Source: an uncultured virus (IMG/VR IMGVR_UViG_3300009194_000004) (lineage: Duplodnaviria; Heunggongvirae; Uroviricota; Caudoviricetes). Taken from it: a DNA stretch of 64,000 nucleotides. Location of the stretch: positions 62,001-126,000 of the IMG/VR virus record IMGVR_UViG_3300009194_000004. One strand, given 5' to 3'. Below the pieces are notes generated by a model. It made no database searches and had not been told where the DNA came from. It saw only the letters and a list, made by a program, of their open reading frames with translations. The position numbers were made by a program, and so were the translations under genes. Of this stretch, positions 18,880-29,900 are shown piece after piece (the first letter of the stretch is position 1; each line of letters begins with the position of its first letter).

Positions 18880-20682
18880 ATGGCCTTTTATGAAAAGAAA
18901 CCCAATCAACTGTTGATCGATCTGATCAACCAAGCCAACCCGGACACGGGGATCGATCTTCGGACACTGCAAAACACCCGGTTGGGGACGCCTAAGCCCT
19001 ACCCCACACTGCGTCAGCAAGAACAACTTCGGGTGGTAAAGGCATTTACCGAAGTCGGTGAACACATTTGGATTCCCCCCAAGGGCGTTGAGTACGTCGA
19101 CCTGTTAGTGGTCGGCGGTGGCGGTGCTGGTGGTTGGGACCCTTACGCTTACTCAGCCAATACCGGCGGTGGCGGTGCCGGCGGTCTGGTGTTTATTCCC
19201 AACTACCCGGTAAAGCATCTAAATAAGATAGTCGTCGGTGCCGGCGGTTCCGAGAGTTCTGATGGCGACGGGCACGACTCTTGGTTTGGCGAAGAGGTCG
19301 TAGCTAAAGGCGGGGGTCAAGGTGGTACACGTACGGCCACCAAAGCGGGCCGGTCTGGCGGTTCCAGTGGTGGTTACGGTTACAGTCCCGCAGACGATCC
19401 AGAAGTTGGGAAAGGTAACGGGCGAGCTATCCAACCGCGCCTGTTTGGTCTGAGTGGTCAGTATGGTTTTGGTAACGAGGGCGGGATCAATCAACTGGGC
19501 GGTGCACATAACCCATTCGGCGGCGGTGGTGCCGGGGAGTCAGCGCCAATAGACGGTAAACGTCGCGGTGCCGGTGGTCACGGTCTATGCAGAGTCACTC
19601 CCGAAATTGGCCCGTACGATCGCGAGTACCGTTTCGCCGACGTCTTTGGTGTCGACCACGGCCATGTCATTGAGGGGGAAGCTTGGTTCGCGGGCGGTGG
19701 TGGTGGTACATCACCAAATCTCAACGTCTACACCGACGGATCTAACGGCGGTAATGGTGGCGGTGGTCGCGGCACTACCGATGACCCAGCGTCCGAAACC
19801 CCAGGCATGCCCAACACCGGTGGTGGCGGTGGGGGCAGTAGCTACGACCGTGACGATGGTGAGCCTGGTGGTTCCGGTATTGTCATGGTGGCGTACAATA
19901 ACCCCCGTGTCAATCAGCCTGGGTTTAAGTACCAGACCGTCAACACCGAGATCGACATCTTCCCGGCCCATGACTCGCCCATCAAGGGCAAAGTCACCAT
20001 GTACTACCGGCGGATCATCCTCCAGGACTTCTTCAAGAACCGGGAGGTACGATTCGATCGTTGGACTGAGGACAACCGCCTGACGGTTCCCCAGTTACTG
20101 GAGTTGTACAACCAAGAGTTTGGCACCCAGTTCATCCCGGAAGACTTTGAAGACAAAACCTTCAGTCCGTCGTCCAACGAACAACGACTGAATGTGTTGG
20201 ACACGTCGTTTACCTACCTCGGCTATCTGGAGTTTGTCTGGAACCCCAACGAACGGGAACTGGATCAGATTCTGGAAACCAATGCCATTGACGGGTATGT
20301 TTGGGACCCACGGTTTACCACCGAACCCACGGACCCGAAACCGTATCTGACGTTCTTGGGGTGGGGGTTTGATTACGGTCGTCATTACGAGAACCTGATC
20401 GAATCGGTGCCCAGCGGTGCGGTGATCGACGAACACACGCCTGTACTGAACGCCTTGGTGGATCATTGCAACCGAGTTCACGGGACCAGTCTGGACACCG
20501 CAATACCCCACACCGAAACAAACGGATTGGGTGGCTTGACCGTGGTACGGTACACCCTGCCGAACAACACGGTGGATGAGGCCAACGCGTTTAAGTTCAA
20601 CAAGGTGTACATGATTCGCGCTCTGCCCGACTCGTGGTTCACTGGAACGCTGTTCTTCCATTACGATCCTAAGGAGGTGTGA
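18880..20682 (+). CDS. Virion structural protein (paralog family) with inserted glycine-rich domain
   Basis: Family N-terminus (FYEKKPNQLLIDLINQAN) and C-terminus (FFHYD) flank a VVGGGGAGG...GGSGIVMVAY domain. Confidence 0.8.
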   Translation: MAFYEKKPNQLLIDLINQANPDTGIDLRTLQNTRLGTPKPYPTLRQQEQLRVVKAFTEVGEHIWIPPKGVEYVDLLVVGGGGAGGWDPYAYSANTGGGGAGGLVFIPNYPVKHLNKIVVGAGGSESSDGDGHDSWFGEEVVAKGGGQGGTRTATKAGRSGGSSGGYGYSPADDPEVGKGNGRAIQPRLFGLSGQYGFGNEGGINQLGGAHNPFGGGGAGESAPIDGKRRGAGGHGLCRVTPEIGPYDREYRFADVFGVDHGHVIEGEAWFAGGGGGTSPNLNVYTDGSNGGNGGGGRGTTDDPASETPGMPNTGGGGGGSSYDRDDGEPGGSGIVMVAYNNPRVNQPGFKYQTVNTEIDIFPAHDSPIKGKVTMYYRRIILQDFFKNREVRFDRWTEDNRLTVPQLLELYNQEFGTQFIPEDFEDKTFSPSSNEQRLNVLDTSFTYLGYLEFVWNPNERELDQILETNAIDGYVWDPRFTTEPTDPKPYLTFLGWGFDYGRHYENLIESVPSGAVIDEHTPVLNALVDHCNRVHGTSLDTAIPHTETNGLGGLTVVRYTLPNNTVDEANAFKFNKVYMIRALPDSWFTGTLFFHYDPKEV

Positions 20683-20684
20683 TC

Positions 20685-21161
20685 ATGGCGTTATGTGACA
20701 CGCCGGTGGTTGATTTCAACAAGAACGTCAACCGCCAAACCTTGACGTACCTGCCAGTAGATAACGCCATCCTGAGCCCGACATATCCATCGGAAGACCC
20801 AGCGGTCTGCCAACTGCGTCTGACCATGAAGGATGAGCAGGACTATCGCGGTACGCAGGTTCTGACCTACAATCGGTTGAACCTTGCGGACATCGAAAAC
20901 ATGTTGGTCACCAAGCCTCACGTCAATCCAGTCTCAGGTCGTCTTTACGGCCTGCTGGATGAGCTGACTCAGGGCCTTGGAATTCTACTGACCGAGGAAG
21001 ATGTTTATGATGCGGGCATTGTGATGGACCCGGTGCGGGGACTCAACGTGGAGCTTAAAGCTCGGCCGGAGTCGTACCGCTGGTATGGGATTCACCGTCT
21101 GTACTTTGACAACCTTCCACCGTTGTCCACCACACTCACCCGGCTGGAATTTACATGGTAG
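20685..21161 (+). CDS. Virion structural protein (paralog family)
   Basis: AAGGAGG RBS; YRGTQVLTYNRLNL; SYRWYG. Confidence 0.75.
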   Translation: MALCDTPVVDFNKNVNRQTLTYLPVDNAILSPTYPSEDPAVCQLRLTMKDEQDYRGTQVLTYNRLNLADIENMLVTKPHVNPVSGRLYGLLDELTQGLGILLTEEDVYDAGIVMDPVRGLNVELKARPESYRWYGIHRLYFDNLPPLSTTLTRLEFTW

Positions 21162-21167
21162 GTAACT

Positions 21168-22526
21168 ATGGCCATTACGAATATTGTCGGGTTTGATGAT
21201 GTTGCCCGATTACAACTCAACAACTTGGTGGATTTGAAGACCATTGAGAATCTACCATTTGTTGCCTTGCAGGACAATCAGAACAACACCATCCAAGAGT
21301 CTTATTTCAAGCTAACCCTTCACGATCAGCGTGGGTGGTTGTCCACCGACCCGCACACGTCATCAAGACAACCTGTGTCTTATTGTTATTGTTCTGACTC
21401 GTCAAGTGGTTGGTGGGGATATAACTGTTACCGACTGGGTCGGCGGCACGACACCGACGACACCAATCGCAAACGGTTAATGGATTCCAGTCTTAGAACG
21501 CCTTGCTTGGGCATTGATTTTGAAAGAGCTTGGGGCGAACACTTTAACAATAATGAGGTGGATCGGTTTCTCACTGGATGCCGCATTTACTTCCCAACCG
21601 GTTTTCTGGAAGGAAATGACTTCGTAAGCATTGCAATACGACCAACGGGTGATGCCATTAATCGTTTTGTGGATGGTAACTTCACGGTATTCACTAAGGA
21701 AGAGATCAATACGTCGTTAAGTCGCAACACGGTGTTTATCGAAATCGAGGTGGATCGTCGCACTGGTAAGATCCGGCGGTGGATCAATGAAGAGGAGGTT
21801 TCGCCAAAGTTACTTCCAACCAACTATTTGGCTTCGTTTGAAAACCTTAGGTTCCAGTATGGTGAAAAGTCCAGGTCCACTGAGGGTGAGTATTACCAAT
21901 TCCACGACCAGCGAGAATACTACGGGTGCCCGACCAGTCGTACTTCACAGTACGACTACGACGCCGGGGCGCCACAGAACCAAGACTTCTCGGTGACGGA
22001 CTTCTACTTCTTAGCCGACACGTTCGATCAGGACAACGGAACAACCTACAGCGATCGTTTGGGTGACATTGAAGTAAGGGACATGGATGTTTCTAACTTT
22101 CTGCTGAGTCAGTTCTGGACTCCGTACTCTGGGGAAAACCCGAAGGACACCATTAACCGTTTAAAAGTGGGTACGAACGTACCCGTTCCTGGGGTTTTGG
22201 GAGATACGAACGCAGAACGCGCTACAATACTCCCTCTACCACCTTCGTACGAACTCGGGGAAGAGATCATCTACTCGGAGTTTTACCTGTGGGGAGCGCC
22301 TGAGGACGTCTCAGGGGTATTGGAGATGGATGTAACACCAATCGTCGGCAGTGAGTTGCAACCGGACGTGAAAATCACGCTCCCAGCCACCACCGTCTTT
22401 GAACCAGCCACGCACTACCAGGTGTTCCGAGCCGAGGCCAATCCCACGGGCGATTCGTTGGAGTCTACCGTACTCAACCGTTTGCAATTTAAGGTCGGGT
22501 TCAGCGAACCCACCACTGAAACATAA
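21168..22526 (+). CDS. Putative tail fibre / receptor-binding virion protein
   Basis: 452 aa; MAITNIVGFDD start and DFYF...DRLG.IEV motif reminiscent of phiKZ-like tail-fibre family members; inside the structural operon. Confidence 0.55.
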   Translation: MAITNIVGFDDVARLQLNNLVDLKTIENLPFVALQDNQNNTIQESYFKLTLHDQRGWLSTDPHTSSRQPVSYCYCSDSSSGWWGYNCYRLGRRHDTDDTNRKRLMDSSLRTPCLGIDFERAWGEHFNNNEVDRFLTGCRIYFPTGFLEGNDFVSIAIRPTGDAINRFVDGNFTVFTKEEINTSLSRNTVFIEIEVDRRTGKIRRWINEEEVSPKLLPTNYLASFENLRFQYGEKSRSTEGEYYQFHDQREYYGCPTSRTSQYDYDAGAPQNQDFSVTDFYFLADTFDQDNGTTYSDRLGDIEVRDMDVSNFLLSQFWTPYSGENPKDTINRLKVGTNVPVPGVLGDTNAERATILPLPPSYELGEEIIYSEFYLWGAPEDVSGVLEMDVTPIVGSELQPDVKITLPATTVFEPATHYQVFRAEANPTGDSLESTVLNRLQFKVGFSEPTTET

Positions 22527-22537
22527 GGAAACCCATC

Positions 22538-22870
22538 ATGCTTTGGAAAAACTATTTCTTTACCGTGGATTTCAGTGAGGAAGCTGAGTTCTTCAAACGG
22601 TTTGACGAAGGGGACACCCTGACCGGTCAGGACGCCGAAACGATGGCGGGGATTTTCCAGGAACGCGACCCCCACCCTTCCAAACAGGATCGGTGGAACG
22701 TGAACCCGGAACACGATTACAGTCTAATGGACGCTAAGGTGGTGTATCATGGCATCAACACGGACTTGATGTGTACCAACGCCAAGTTCAACCGTGTGTT
22801 GGTATTGGATTTTGAACCGACGGATTGCGATCAGCCCGACGGACGCGTGTACTTGCAGTACAACGTGTAA
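22538..22870 (+). CDS. Virion protein, C-terminal domain of the paralog family only
   Basis: YSL.DAKVVYHG.N...FNRVLVL...GRVYLQYN matches the C-termini of 7443 and 17908. Confidence 0.75.
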   Translation: MLWKNYFFTVDFSEEAEFFKRFDEGDTLTGQDAETMAGIFQERDPHPSKQDRWNVNPEHDYSLMDAKVVYHGINTDLMCTNAKFNRVLVLDFEPTDCDQPDGRVYLQYNV

Positions 22871-22940
22871 CTAGGGGTTTGCGTGGGGTCCATGGGCGCC
22901 ACCAAACGTTCCATTAACCGATGCAATCTGTGAGGCTATC

Positions 22941-23696
22941 ATGTCGGAAACAACAACCACCGACACGACCTCAGAAGACCCGATCGTTGCCAGTGGCGTG
23001 CGTGGTAAAGTCATTTACGCCCAAGGCAAATACCTGAAGCGCCGAAAACGATTGCCGGACTTTACTCGGTTCGGTCATCAGGTGTTATTGGATCGTTTGA
23101 ACGACGCGAACCAAACCAAGTTCACGTTTAACGATCTGGAGTTCGGGGCTCCTGAGGTTCAGTACAACCAACCCTACAACACACGGGTTCGGGTGTACGC
23201 CAGAGCACCGGCTGGGTTGACACGTTACGTTGACATCCAGTACAACCGCGTCAGTATCCTCAACGCGTTATCGAGTAAAGAACTCGTTGACTACACACCC
23301 ACCGTAACCGACACCACCACTGTGCACGATTTGTTGACTGACATCAACTATCGCTACGGAGTGGCCTTGACGTCGGACGACGTGTACGACGACCCCGTTC
23401 CCACCGATGGCAGTTGGATCACACTGCGGGTGAAAGAAACCAGTTACATCTTTGAAGCTGAAGACAGTGACTTGATACCAGTGGGCATTGAGATCCTGAC
23501 CACTGACCTGACAGGGTTCACCGCCCCGGTGTTCAGTCTTACGACGGTGTTGACCATGACCGATCTCAGTGGGTTTGAAGACCCCGCTGTTAGTTTGGTT
23601 CCACTATTGACAATCACCGACCTCAGTGGGTTCACCAAAGAAGAGACCACCGAAGAACCGGTGTCGTTGTTCAGTCTGCTGGGCAACAACCTGTAG
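22941..23696 (+). CDS. Virion structural protein (paralog family) with three T.DLSGF repeats
   Basis: YNTRV...IQYNRV; C-terminal repeats TTDLTGF / MTDLSGF / ITDLSGF. Confidence 0.75.
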   Translation: MSETTTTDTTSEDPIVASGVRGKVIYAQGKYLKRRKRLPDFTRFGHQVLLDRLNDANQTKFTFNDLEFGAPEVQYNQPYNTRVRVYARAPAGLTRYVDIQYNRVSILNALSSKELVDYTPTVTDTTTVHDLLTDINYRYGVALTSDDVYDDPVPTDGSWITLRVKETSYIFEAEDSDLIPVGIEILTTDLTGFTAPVFSLTTVLTMTDLSGFEDPAVSLVPLLTITDLSGFTKEETTEEPVSLFSLLGNNL

Positions 23697-23741
23697 ACGG
23701 CATAAAACCCCTCCCATGTGGGAGGGGTTTTATTATGTCGT
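23697..23741. terminator. Bidirectional terminator / dispersed palindrome
   Basis: ACGGCATAAAACCCCTCCCA-tg-TGGGAGGGGTTTTATTATGTCGT, between convergent genes. Confidence 0.85.
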
Positions 23742-23769
23742 TTCCCTAACTGGAGTCAGGGGTCAGACA

Positions 23770-24321
23770 TTACGCCGGGTAGGTGAAACCGCTCATGTCG
23801 GTAGTAGTCACCTCGTCACCGACCGGAGTTTCCGGTACCGGAATCGGGTTGATGGTCACATCAACTTGACCGATGTAGCACAGGCTTTCCGGCTTGGCGC
23901 GGACAGTGTACACCTTGGACACGGTCAGAGCCGGCAGAGAGCTGAGCTCAGTACCAGTCTCGTCGAACAGAGCCAGTTCGGTTTCGATCAGATCAACCTG
24001 AGTGGCGATCGCGTCGATCACGGACTGAACAGTGGAGGACTCAGACTTGGTGTGCTCCAGAGCAACGCCACCGCGCAGAACGTCCAGGTCCAGACGGTAG
24101 TAACGAATGTCCACAGAGCCCTTGTAACCGCTGTTAGCAACAGCAGAAACAGTGACGATGGTGTTACGATCGTTACCAGTGTCAGAACCAGTGTCAGTCA
24201 GCTCGTCCCATGCGGCAGGAACACCGATGGAAATTTCAGCAGAAGTCAGCGCAGTGCCGTTGTCCGCATTGATCAGGTCAATGACGTTCTTTTCGGCAGA
24301 CTTCGAAGTATTGATCAGCAT
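23770..24321 (-). CDS. Virion structural protein (paralog family)
   Basis: RNTIV...YKGSVDIRYYRLDL; TTDMSGF C-terminal motif; GGAG RBS. Confidence 0.8.
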   Translation of the reverse strand: MLINTSKSAEKNVIDLINADNGTALTSAEISIGVPAAWDELTDTGSDTGNDRNTIVTVSAVANSGYKGSVDIRYYRLDLDVLRGGVALEHTKSESSTVQSVIDAIATQVDLIETELALFDETGTELSSLPALTVSKVYTVRAKPESLCYIGQVDVTINPIPVPETPVGDEVTTTDMSGFTYPA

Positions 24322-24428
24322 GGGATATTACTCCAATTGCGTTTGATGTATGACCGCGATGAGGTCATCAGACTACACGCACGCGGTCAAGAGGGACGTG
24401 AGTTCCACAACTCACATATTATTGGTAT

Positions 24429-25013
24429 TTACGCAGGTTCAATTAGTACCAACCCGTCGAGAATCATTTCACCGATCAACTGGTTCAGATCCCGTGCGTC
24501 GTAGTGGTACATGTACTGAACACTTACTTCATACCCCTCGATATCCAATCCCTTTGGATCAACGAGGAATCGATAAGGGTCAGCCGTGGCGGTCAGTTTC
24601 AAATGGTGAATTTGACCGTCCAGATCCAACTGAACCTTACCGTAGTTGAGAATACCGTTAATGCCCTCATGGGGGCTATACGTTAACGTGATTCCCCCAC
24701 TGGAAATCATGGGAGTTTCTACGGTCACGCTAGGTCCGCCCATTTGCAGGGCACCCAACACGTACTCTCGAATGGCCGTGACATTCGCGGCCAGGGTATT
24801 CGATTCAAGGTCCGAGATGTTCGTGGCCAGTTTGTCTGAGGTGACCGCCTCGTCCAAGTTCACCGCCTCGGTGGCCGTTAACTTGTTCAGCAGATCTCGG
24901 TCCTCGGCACTGAGCAAACCACTGTCAAAAAGTTCCTGAACGCGTGATTCCAGGTCTCCTAACTGTGCCTTCAGCCCGAGAATACTGGCCCTATCCCGTT
25001 TAACCGTAGCCAT
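24429..25013 (-). CDS. Virion protein, short paralog of 32892..33887
   Basis: MATVKRDRASILGL and ITLTYSPHEGINGILNY match the 331-aa protein. Confidence 0.75.
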   Translation of the reverse strand: MATVKRDRASILGLKAQLGDLESRVQELFDSGLLSAEDRDLLNKLTATEAVNLDEAVTSDKLATNISDLESNTLAANVTAIREYVLGALQMGGPSVTVETPMISSGGITLTYSPHEGINGILNYGKVQLDLDGQIHHLKLTATADPYRFLVDPKGLDIEGYEVSVQYMYHYDARDLNQLIGEMILDGLVLIEPA

Positions 25014-25147
25014 GGTCTAAACTCCAATGCGTCAGATTTTGTTTATACGACACCCTCCCAAATCTCCGTCAGAAAATGGGTAATGAAAACCACAGGACGG
25101 TGTAACCTGAACGGTTGGTTGAGGCGTGAGAATCTATAGTATTGGCA

Positions 25148-26299
25148 TCAGAGATCGGCGGTTCTGTTATTCGGGAAATCCCGACCCGGACCCCAGATGA
25201 TCCTCACGGCCCCGTTCGCACCGTTGACGGCACCGAAGAAGTTGTTAGAGGACACACCGCGAGCACCGGAGCCGTACAGACCGGCGGTAATCCACGTACC
25301 GTCCGCACCACCAGAACCGCCTTTACCGCCAGCGTTCGCGGTATCGCCACGAACCCCGGCCGCACCACTGGGACCTTGACCGTAGAGACCGACACCGCCA
25401 CCGGGTGTGGCGTGATGGCTGTTATTGCTTTCGGTCAGGTAGTAACTACCCCCACCACCAGCGCCGCCTTCCCCGCCGGTAGCGTCCAGAACCGCGTTAC
25501 CGCCATTACCACCGTTGCCGGAGTAACCGCCGGCACCGCCGCCCCCTCCGGGGCCGTTCTCACCGCCTTCAGCACCAATCCCGCCATCACCGCCACCGAT
25601 GGTGTCGGTCAGGTCACTACTGTCGGTTGTACCACCGCCACCAGCGGCGAGAAGGATACTGTCACCGCGTTTGAGGAACGAACTACCCCCTTGTCGGGTA
25701 GCCAGATCGGTACTGTTGGTGCCACCTTTGCCCACCTCAATGGTCAGCGTTTCACCCGGTACCACCGGGATGTCGTTCCGCCAGCGTAGGTCACCACCGT
25801 TGCCCCCTTTACCACGCGGGGTTCCGTCGGCCCCTTGACCGGCACCGACACACACGGCACTGATCTTGGTCACCTCGGGAGGTACGGTCCATTGCCGTAT
25901 TTCAGCCGCCACCTGTAGGTGGTTGCCTTCCGGGTGGGTGGAGTAGACAATGTCCACCGGATTGGAGGACGCCACCACTGTACTGCTACTTGCGGATGGG
26001 TGCACATTCAACACCAGCGTTTCATCGGTGTCTTTGAACTCGTCCGCCAGCGTGGTGATTTCCACGATCGCCGGTGTGTCGTCGGAAAAACTGAACGTGC
26101 CAGAGGTCGGACCATCCACCAACTCAGGAGGCAATGAACCCGCCACCGACCAGCTGTACTCGTAACCCAAAATTGGGTTTTCGGGTACAATGGTGAACTC
26201 CACCGGGTTACCGGCGTTGAACGAACTGGCGTTAGCGGTCACTGTAAAAGAGACACCGGGCGCACTATTGCCCGCTGCTCCAAGTAACGTTTCTAACAT
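25148..26299 (-). CDS. Glycine-rich tail-fibre tip / adhesin-like protein
   Basis: MLETLLGAAG start, Ig-like N-part, WTVPPEVTKISAVCVGAG...GAVRIIWG Gly-rich domain. Confidence 0.7.
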   Translation of the reverse strand: MLETLLGAAGNSAPGVSFTVTANASSFNAGNPVEFTIVPENPILGYEYSWSVAGSLPPELVDGPTSGTFSFSDDTPAIVEITTLADEFKDTDETLVLNVHPSASSSTVVASSNPVDIVYSTHPEGNHLQVAAEIRQWTVPPEVTKISAVCVGAGQGADGTPRGKGGNGGDLRWRNDIPVVPGETLTIEVGKGGTNSTDLATRQGGSSFLKRGDSILLAAGGGGTTDSSDLTDTIGGGDGGIGAEGGENGPGGGGGAGGYSGNGGNGGNAVLDATGGEGGAGGGGSYYLTESNNSHHATPGGGVGLYGQGPSGAAGVRGDTANAGGKGGSGGADGTWITAGLYGSGARGVSSNNFFGAVNGANGAVRIIWGPGRDFPNNRTADL

Positions 26300-26904
26300 T
26301 GGAAGACTTCCTTAGTTTCTATCTGTCGTTTAAGGGTTTTGCACGCCTCGATGGTTTCGCAACACCGGATGGTTTCCAACGTCGCGTAATAACCCCGCTT
26401 CAACCCCCGTCGGTAGTGAACGGCCTGGTTGATTAACCGTAACCCAGCTTCCCAAGTGATCTCCATCACCTGACCGTTGCCCGTGGGAAACTGGACCGTC
26501 TCGGTCGAGCGTTCATCCCGCAGTGCTTGACACTCCATGTAACACCAATTTAGCTCCTCACTACTCGTGAGGTCAATGGGCTGGTCTTCGTGCGTAAACC
26601 CTCGCTTTAAAAGGGCGGTGTGGACCTGGTCCAATTGTCGTTTCAGGTCTTGACGCCAGGTGTTGAGGTCGGTGCTTTCCACCACATCCCACGTTTGGTA
26701 GAACTCACCGTCTTTGTACCGAGGGTACCGTTCGACCACGTGCCTCCCAGCCGGTTTGGGCGTGGAGTGTACGTAGCAAAACCCCAGACGCATCATCTGT
26801 TCCACCGTGGGGTGTTTGGGGAGTGAGACCGTGAGCAGTTCCTTGCGCACCTCCTCCAGCGTCACTGGGTATTGGCCGGTGGTTAGGTTAATGTACGTGT
26901 CCAT
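26293..26904 (-). CDS. Putative tail-fibre assembly/chaperone-like protein
   Basis: Lies between two fibre genes; YP...V+E..P...G.+.QTW.V pattern typical of fibre-assembly proteins. Confidence 0.5.
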   Translation of the reverse strand: MDTYINLTTGQYPVTLEEVRKELLTVSLPKHPTVEQMMRLGFCYVHSTPKPAGRHVVERYPRYKDGEFYQTWDVVESTDLNTWRQDLKRQLDQVHTALLKRGFTHEDQPIDLTSSEELNWCYMECQALRDERSTETVQFPTGNGQVMEITWEAGLRLINQAVHYRRGLKRGYYATLETIRCCETIEACKTLKRQIETKEVFQC

Positions 26905-26960
26905 AAACGTTCAACAGAAAACTGGGAGGAGGGAGGTTGCCCTCCCTCTCCATTGGTGAA

Positions 26961-29900
26961 TTAAATGGCTTCCATCAACTTGCCAATCCAGATTGAACCC
27001 GTCCAGTACATGACCACCACAGTGAAGTTGGTGCCCAAGGTTGGCGGTACTTCGTCCTTAAAGAACACATCCTGCGGCCAGGTAATGATGCCCTGGTCAC
27101 CGGAGATGGTTACCACCACGGTCATGGTCCGGTTGGCGCCCGGCTTGTTGGTGAAGGTCAACGTCTTGTCCCGGTCGGCGGCAATCGTGAAGGTTTGGGC
27201 CATGGACAGATCCATCGCCGTATCCACACTCTTGTTCGCCAGGGTGTACCGATCGAAACCAACCCACTTCTTGTTCCGGCGGAAGTACATTTGGTCATCC
27301 GCTGGGGCTTCGGTCAGCTCCATCGGTTTCCAGGCACCTTTTACCCGGTAGTGAGGTTGACTGGAATCCACGTCCGCCACATCCGGACGGTACACCGACC
27401 ACGTGCCGTTCTTGCGCATGTACGCTTCGCCGGTTTCCGGAGCGTCCGTGATCCCTTCGGTGAACGGCACCCACTTACCTTCGGACCGCACGTAACGACC
27501 GCCGGAGGTCGGCGCTTCTTCCACCGTACCACCGCCCATGCGACCGAGTTTCACCCAGAGCAGTTCGTCCGCTTTGAGGAAGTAGTCGTTGGTGATGGTG
27601 TTGATGGCGTAGTCGCCACGACGGCCGTCCAGGGTCTCAGGATCGCGTTCAAAGGACAGCCATGCCGTACCCATCGGACCACGGTCACCTTTCGGGCCTG
27701 CGGGGCCCTCAGGGCCGGCTGGACCCTCGTAACCACGGGGACCTTGAACGATCCCCATGTCTTTCCAGGCTTGATCGACGTAAACGAACAGTTTGGGTCC
27801 CTTGCGGTAAATGTCGCCCGGCTCGTTGCCTTCCGTGGGCAGTTCTTCGGCCTCACCGAGTTCCCGTTGGAACTTCAGTCCAACACCGGTGTCGCCTTTC
27901 TCACCCTTGAGTGACAACACCCAGTCTTCGTAGGTGCCCACAAAGCCGTTGTCCAGCGCCAGCTCGTACGCACTCAGACCTGCTGGGCCACGCGGACCTT
28001 GCTTCCCTTCAAACTGACCGAGGTCAATCCAGGTGACACCGTCGTAGGTGTAGACACGCCCTTCGATGATGTACGCATCCCCAACCCGGTGTTGACGTTC
28101 CGGGATGTCCGAGATACTGGGCAAGCTGCTCAGGATGTGGACGGAGATGCCCATGGGTCCTTGAATGCCCTGTTCACCTTGCACACCCTGCTCGCCCTGC
28201 GGACCTTGGATGCCACGCGGGCCCATCGGTCCTTGCGGTCCCTGGGGACCCCTATCCCCTTGCTCACCTTTCGGTCCTTGGATGAAACCAACATCCGACC
28301 ACTGGTAGCCATCCCAGGCCCAGAAGCTCTGGCCAATGATGTACGCATCACCTGGAGCATTGCCACTGGTGGGGAGATCCGCCGTGCTATCAAGGCTACC
28401 CAGTACCGAAATGGAAGCAGCGGTATCGCCCTTCTCGCCTTTCTGACCTTCAGCCCCTACCGGGCCTTCGGGTCCTTGCGGACCTTGTTCGCCTTGAGGG
28501 CCTGTATTTCCCTGTGGGCCGGTCGGTCCGGTCGGACCTTGATCGCCTTTAATGCCTTGGGGACCTTGCAGGAAACCAACGTCTTCCCATTCGGTGCTGT
28601 TCCAGACGTAGAAACGATCGCCCACAATGTACGCATCGCCCTGGGTTTGTGTGCCGTCAATGGGGAGGTCCCCCACGGTCGGCTGAGAACCCAGCACCGT
28701 AATGCTGGCAGCCGTAGCGCCTTGCAGACCGCGCTCACCCTGTGGGCCTTGAGCACCATCCACACCATCGACGCCATCCACACCGTCACGACCAGCAGGA
28801 CCGGCCGGGCCAGTAGGACCACGGAAGGGGCCGTAGTTGACCCATCGAGCGCCGTCCCAACCCCACATGTCGCCAGTGATGATGTAAAAATCCCCACGGG
28901 TGGCGTCCAGAGGAAGTTCGTCCGGACGTCCTTTCTCACCCAAAACCACCAGGTTTCGCCCGTCCTCACCAGGATCACCTTGGTCCCCTTTGTCACCCTT
29001 CGGACCTTGAGGGCCTTCCGGGCCAGTCCACTGACCAACGTTGATGAACGTCTCACCGTCGTGAATCCAGGCTTCCCCATCGATGGTGTAGAAATCCCCT
29101 TTCTTGGGGTCGGTGATCTGATTGAACAAGTAGTCGGTATCGACCGCCACACCACGCGGGGTGGGAATCGGACCCGGGGGTCCAGGAGGTCCTTGGACCG
29201 GACCGACGTCTTGCCATTCTCTACCATCCCATGCCCAGACGTTGCCGTCATCACCGTCGACAATGTACGCGTCACCCAACGATGGGCTGCTTTTCGCGCT
29301 CAGTGCGGCAATGGTGGAAACCCGACCCAGTACGTAGATGGACATGCCCATCGGTCCTTGGGGACCGTCGGGGCCTTGAACACCTTCGATCCCTTGGGGA
29401 CCATCACGTCCTTGTGGACCTTCTCGTCCCTCAGGGCCTTGCGGACCTTGCAAACCACGGGGACCTTCAACACCGCGAGGTCCCTGCAAGAAGCCTACGT
29501 TGGTCCATTGGACACCGTCCCATACGTGGAACTCTTCTTCGATGATGTACGCGTCACCGGGTTCGTTGCCTTCGGTGCTCAGGAAACTAACCGCCGGGAC
29601 CGAACCCTTCACTTTGATCGACGCGCCTGGAGAACCGGTAAAGCCGCGAGGACCTGGAGCACCCATCGCACCAGTACGACCTGTCCGTCCATTACGACCA
29701 TAGCGTCCATTACGGCCGTTACGACCATTACGGCCGTTACGACCACGCTGACCGTCGGCACCGCGCGGGCCCCGTTCACCAGTCAGACCTTGGTCACCGG
29801 TATCACCTTTGTCCCCTTTCTCACCTTTTACTTCGCCGACGTTTTTCCACGCGCCCTCGGACTTGACGTAGAGTTCACGCTTGACAAAGAACGCATCGCC

